This document shows, piece by piece, positions 59,022-64,000 of a stretch of DNA of 64,000 nucleotides. The stretch spans positions 21,142,001-21,206,000 of the forward strand of contig NC_043014.1 of the NCBI RefSeq assembly GCF_006345805.1, written 5' to 3'. Position 1 is the first letter of the stretch, and each line of letters opens with the position of its first letter. This DNA comes from Octopus sinensis (lineage: Eukaryota). The notes under the pieces are model-generated. The model saw nothing but the letters and a program-made list of their open reading frames with translations. It searched no databases and was not told the DNA's origin. Both the position numbers and the translations under genes were made by a program.

Positions 59022-59479
59022 GTAGCAATGCAGATATTTGTGCATATATATATGTATGTATGTATGTATGTATATATATAACAATATAACAAGTACCACC
59101 CTTAAAGTTAAAAATCACGAAACCTTCATAAAGAATAAGTTATATCTTTAAGGACTTCTAAGAAAATGTGTATTTCATTGGATAGGCCCGAAAACGTCTG
59201 TGTTGTTGACAAGCATTTTACAACAGGGGTCTTATACATACATCTACCAGAATTTAGAACTCAGTATATCCGATTCCATAAATTTAGAGGCTAAAAGCAT
59301 AACTGCCGATCTTAAAATAATTGATGCAGTTTAATATTTATTTCGGAACACACATTTTATCATCCTCAAAAATCATTAAAAATTTATTTTTGTAGATCTT
59401 CTAAATGAACTTTTATTAATCTGCCTTAAACTGTGATAAGAATCGTTGTTTTCCCTCTAATCATACAAGAACACGGCAT

Positions 59480-59665
59480 AGTAATATTGGTTTCAAATTT
59501 TGACACAAGGCCAGTAATTTTGTGGGTACAGGTACTCATTTTACCGATCCCGAAAGAATGAAAGGTAAAGTTAACCCCGGTGGAACTCAGAAGGTACGAA
59601 CGGACGAAATACCGCTAAGCATTTTGCCCGGGGTGCTGACTATTCTAGCTGCTCGCCGCCTTTAA
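59480..59665 (-). mobile_element. SINE family C
   Basis: Similar to other family C copies. Confidence 0.8.
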
Positions 59666-60283
59666 ATGACATAGTGATATTAAGGGTAAACAGATTTAGG
59701 GTTCACTTAGTTCAATATCGGGGTTTTTTTCCTACTATAAGAAAACCTTTTCTTTTAAAAGTTTTAACATTTGCTAAAACCTTCGTGGCTCTTAGTGCAA
59801 TATTATTTCCAACTTTTTATTTTTATTTAATTATCTTTATTTATTTATTTATTTTTTGACAATTTGACCTGAGTTAAGGAAAACGATTTCAGATTGTTCG
59901 ATGTCCTCATAATATCAATCGATGCAGCTGAACCTGTATTATGGATTTTTTTGCACCCAGAATTTCCGAACTAAGCAAATAAAGTTGGTAGCATGAATCC
60001 TTGTTCCTGTTACCTCGTCGCTGAATCTGACAAAAGGTGATACTGACTCCCTAATTCTAACAGAGAATAAAACATACGAGAGCGAATAAATTACGCATCA
60101 ATTGTGCTCTTTAGGTCATACACCGGCAATTTCCTCTTTTCACACAAGGAACCTCATTCACATAAAGAACCACATACAAAGTTTTTAAAAATTCACAATA
60201 ATAAACAAATTTAACAAACGTTTGGGAACCGATACAACATACATCCACCAAAAGCGATAATAATAATAATAATAATGATGATG

Positions 60284-60341
<58 letters not shown>

Positions 60342-60343
<2 letters not shown>

Positions 60344-60897
60344 GCCCTGATACAGTCCCAGGCAGTGGCTCTCATGGCTTCTGATCTTAACTGATTGGAA
60401 GTGTTATCATGTACATTGTTTTGTCTTGGTATAAAAGATGGGCTACAGCAAATATTCTGCTCAATACCACAGATTTGCTTGTCAGTTGTTTGATCTTAAC
60501 CAGTTGAGCATGTCCCTTAGTGGCTGGCGATATGTGCATCTCTGATCACGAGCAGAAGTAGTGGGGGAGCATCATAGCCATGTGTTAAGAGGGATTCTTT
60601 GGGGTTTGGATAATTCACCTCTGGAAACATTGGTAGTTCGTTCAACATCCTTAGACAATCCTTATTCAGGGACCTTTTGAGCGGGATGGGTTACTCGACC
60701 AGAAGAAAATTCTAACTGGGCCCCACCTGCAAGGTCATATGCTGCTTATCTTGATATGAGATCACCATGTCGCGCACATATGGTTGTGATGCATGTGCCT
60801 AGTGTACCCTTATCAGACAGGTAGTCATGATGGGTATACTGGGCTTCGTATATTTTACCCCAGTGTTACTTTGATGACATGCACTGCTCTCTCACTC
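60342..60897 (+). mobile_element. AAT-flanked element, copy 4 (apparently full length, ~556 bp)
   Basis: (AAT)n-ATGCCCTGATACAGTCCCAGGCAGTGGCTCTCATGG...CTCTCTCACTC-(AAT)n. Confidence 0.92.
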
Positions 60898-60914
60898 AAT
60901 AATAATAATAATAA

Positions 60915-61120
60915 TTTCAAAATTTGGCACAAGGCCAGTAATTTCGGGGAGCGGATAAGAGGATAATCTCAATTCCAGTGCCTAACTGGTACTTATTTTA
61001 TCGACCCTGAAATATTGAAAAGCAAAGTCGACCTCAGTGGAATTTGAACTCAGAACGTAATGACGAAATTCCGCTAAGCATTTCGCCCGGCGTGCAAACG
61101 CTTCTGGAAGCTCGCCGCCT
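60915..61120 (-). mobile_element. SINE family C
   Basis: Similar to other family C copies. Confidence 0.85.
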
Positions 61121-61249
61121 TAATGATAATAATAACGATGATAATAATAACGATGATAATAATAACAAGACTACCTGTGACCCATTGGGTCACCTTGAAA
61201 GTTTGAGTTTCCCAGCAATAGAGTTTTGTTTCGTGGGTTGTTTTCTTTT

Positions 61250-61665
61250 TCAGAATACTACGCATACTTTCAACGAATGTGACATCGAAATCACGCGTAA
61301 ACGGCTCCTTTCCCTAGAAAAGGAAAAAGTTGGCTGCTATTTCGTGCACGCCCTGCTACCACGTAACAGGTATTTCGGGTCCTTTATTGCAAATAATTGT
61401 TATGTGGTAGCAGGGCGTGCTAGAAATAGTAGCCAAATCTTTGGCGCTGAGATACGTTGAATGCACTCGAAAAAATTTGTAATACCGTAAGAGCTACGGA
61501 TGTGACGGAATATTTTTGCCACAAATGTCTTCCACGGCAACTGCCGTAATGAAAGGTCCATTGTCTGTAGATCTCCGAATTTTCGGCCACCAGTAATCAA
61601 GAAAGACCATCACTGACTACACAGCTCAACAACAGGTGGGATGCGAGTACCGTGACTGCTACCGC
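61250..61665 (-). mobile_element. Second copy of the integrase-like repeat
   Basis: 61485-61665 is nearly identical to 58465-58645. Confidence 0.5.
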
Positions 61666-62802
61666 CCTTAGGGCGATCTTTCGCTTCGACTCTCAGAACT
61701 GTCATCTGAATCAGTTAGTTTTGTTCGTTAATTTCCGTAAAAAATTTTTTTTATTTACTCTTGTTTTAAAGTGAAAGAGAGGAGAAAATGAAAGATGTAT
61801 AAACGTGTATATAAAATGGCTGTGTGTGTGAGGAGAGAGAGAGTGCCACTTACACATACTTGAGAACACACACGTTCACTCTCTCACTCTCTCTCTCTCA
61901 CGCACACGCACACACACACATACACACACACATACATATGCACACGTACATACAAAAAGATGTACGCATATGTATTGATGTATGTACGTATACATGACAA
62001 CACACCCTTTCACTCAATCTCTCTTTCTTTCTCTTTCTTTCTCTTTCTCTCTCTCTCTTTCTCTTCTCTCTCTTCTCTCTCTCTCTTTCTCTCACCCTCT
62101 CTCTCTCTCTCTCCCTCTCTCTCCCCCTCTCTCTCTCTCTTTCACACACATCCATTTCATATACACGTACATACATATTTCACTTTCTCTTCTCTCTTTC
62201 TTTAAAACAAAAGTAAAGAAAAAAATTCTTACGGAAATTAACGAACTCCTGATGACAAGCGAAAGATCGCCATTTACTTGAAAATAATTTTTTAAAAAAA
62301 CATTGAAATATTGTCCGTTTAAAGAAAGCTAAATTATAAATACTTACTGTACAAACAACTTACATTTTTGAAATCACATTCAGTAAAAAATATTTCTAAA
62401 TGATTAAAATATTGTGTATGTCAAAAAGTCAAAGTTTTTTTTCTTAGAGACCGCGAAAATTATGTGTGTATATATGTCACAGATAGCAGACGTGTGTTTG
62501 CGTTGATTGACCTACCATGACATTCATTATATGTGTGTGTGTCCTGTATGTGTGTACGTGTGTTGACATCACGGAAGCCATGTTTTTTTTATCGTCAAGA
62601 AATAACAAACAAAAATTGTGTTTAATCGTTTTCATTAATAAACAGAGATTCAAATACCGGAAAAGTTGTACTGCACAGCTGAAGGTAAGTATGAAAATAA
62701 ACAAGCAAAAAAATAATAATTGGATACGCTATACTATTTCTGAGATATTTCGGGTACACAGAAATATCTTTAGAGTTTTAGTATTATTATTATTATTATA
62801 AT

Positions 62803-62833
<31 letters not shown>

Positions 62834-62929
62834 AAGAAGAAGAAGAAGAAGAAGAAGAAGAAGAAGAAGAAGAAGAAGAAGAAGAAGAAGAAGAAGAAGA
62901 AGAAATATATTCACAGACATGATAGAGTT

Positions 62930-63487
62930 GGGATCTATATACACTGGAAGCTATGCCAACACTATGGAATAACAACAGAAAAAAGACGGTATCGGCATGC
63001 GCCAGAAGAGGTCACAGAAAATGAGAAAACAACCATACTCTGAGATATGCCAATACACACAGATAGAGAATTAAGGCCAGTAGGCCGATATATTTGTCAG
63101 AGATCACCAAGAAAAAAATGCTTTCTAATCGATCTATCAATACCAACAGATGACAATGCTTCTCTAAAAGTAACGGGGAAACTTTCAGAATACGAAGATC
63201 TGGAAACAGAAGTAACCCGAATGTGGAGCTTAAAAGCAGAAACAATTCTTGTTATAGTTGGTGCATTAGGTATGATAAAAAAACATTCACACAAATACAT
63301 AACAAAAACACCAGGACTTATATATATACCATACAGGAAATAGCACTACATGGCACCGCACACATCTTACGTAAAATACTTTTAATACACTGAAAATAAG
63401 AACATCACAATAAACCACAGCACATACCCAAAGTATGCAGAGCTGCGCTCGGTAGTGCAGTGAAAGCACGTAATAAAAATAAAACTA

Positions 63488-63490
<3 letters not shown>
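62930..63490 (+). mobile_element. R4/Dong-type non-LTR element 3' fragment (RLE) with (AAT)n tail to ~63558
   Basis: Reads TIL*DMPIHTDREL...KKCFLIDLSIPTDDNASLKVTGKLSEYEDLETEVTRMWSLKAETILVIVGALGM, the PD-(D/E)xK-type RLE region, followed by a 3' UTR and an AAT run. Confidence 0.85.
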
Positions 63491-63559
<69 letters not shown>

Positions 63560-63560
<1 letters not shown>

Positions 63561-64000
63561 TCCGAAATCTATCCACAAACATCGAAAACAAGGACATCCT
63601 ATGGAGCCAAAGTTTTACTAACAAAGAATTGGACTGTATCCGAGTAAGTAATACTAATAGAAATTTATTACTATTTTCGAAACGAAATGATGTATTTTGA
63701 CTCGATATCATCTCCGCCTCTAACGCAACACATGTAAACATGCGCGGAACATCACGATCATTTCCGACCCCAAACACCATGTACAAAGGAACTACGAAGA
63801 AATTAAATGCCACCGATACTATTCAACCCAAGAATAACAATCGAGCGGTACGTACATTAAACTTACAACAAAAAAATGTACGAAAAACTACACGTGCGAA
63901 ATAATGTGACAACAGAAATAAACGGACCGGTACCCTACGAAAATGACGACCGTCAAAATAATGGGCCGGACGTTGTACCTCATGTCCCGCAAATAAAACC
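63560..64000 (+). other. Non-repetitive coding-like relic, possibly another L1 ORF1 fragment
   Basis: Long stop-poor stretches in shifting frames (e.g. TDRYPTKMTTVKIMGRTLYLMSRK); no firm motif. Confidence 0.2.

Overview
AT-rich eukaryotic DNA packed with simple repeats (GATA, TATG, CA/GT, TA, AAT, GAT, GAA), tRNA-headed SINEs and decayed transposons. The repeat make-up points to a coleoid cephalopod, probably Octopus (inference, not checked by search). I found no intact host protein-coding gene, rRNA, true tRNA or CRISPR array, and almost all long ORFs in the track are microsatellite translations. Recognisable coding relics are: a Helitron-like N-terminus with an OTU protease motif; L1/Tx1 ORF1 fragments; two tandem, internally deleted Tx1-type LINEs; R4/Dong RLE and RT pieces; RTE and CR1 pieces; several Penelope-like (PLE) GIY-YIG and pseudo-LTR pieces; a mariner transposase pseudogene; hAT-type MITEs; and a possible integrase relic. 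The most notable structure is a 500-bp fold-back at 22279-22778, whose two 224-bp arms each carry a complete minimal type-I hammerhead-ribozyme fold, one per strand. Two more PLE-derived fold-backs share its geometry. Both Tx1 copies lose the RT core at nearly the same codon and carry a consensus splice donor at the ORF1/ORF2 junction.
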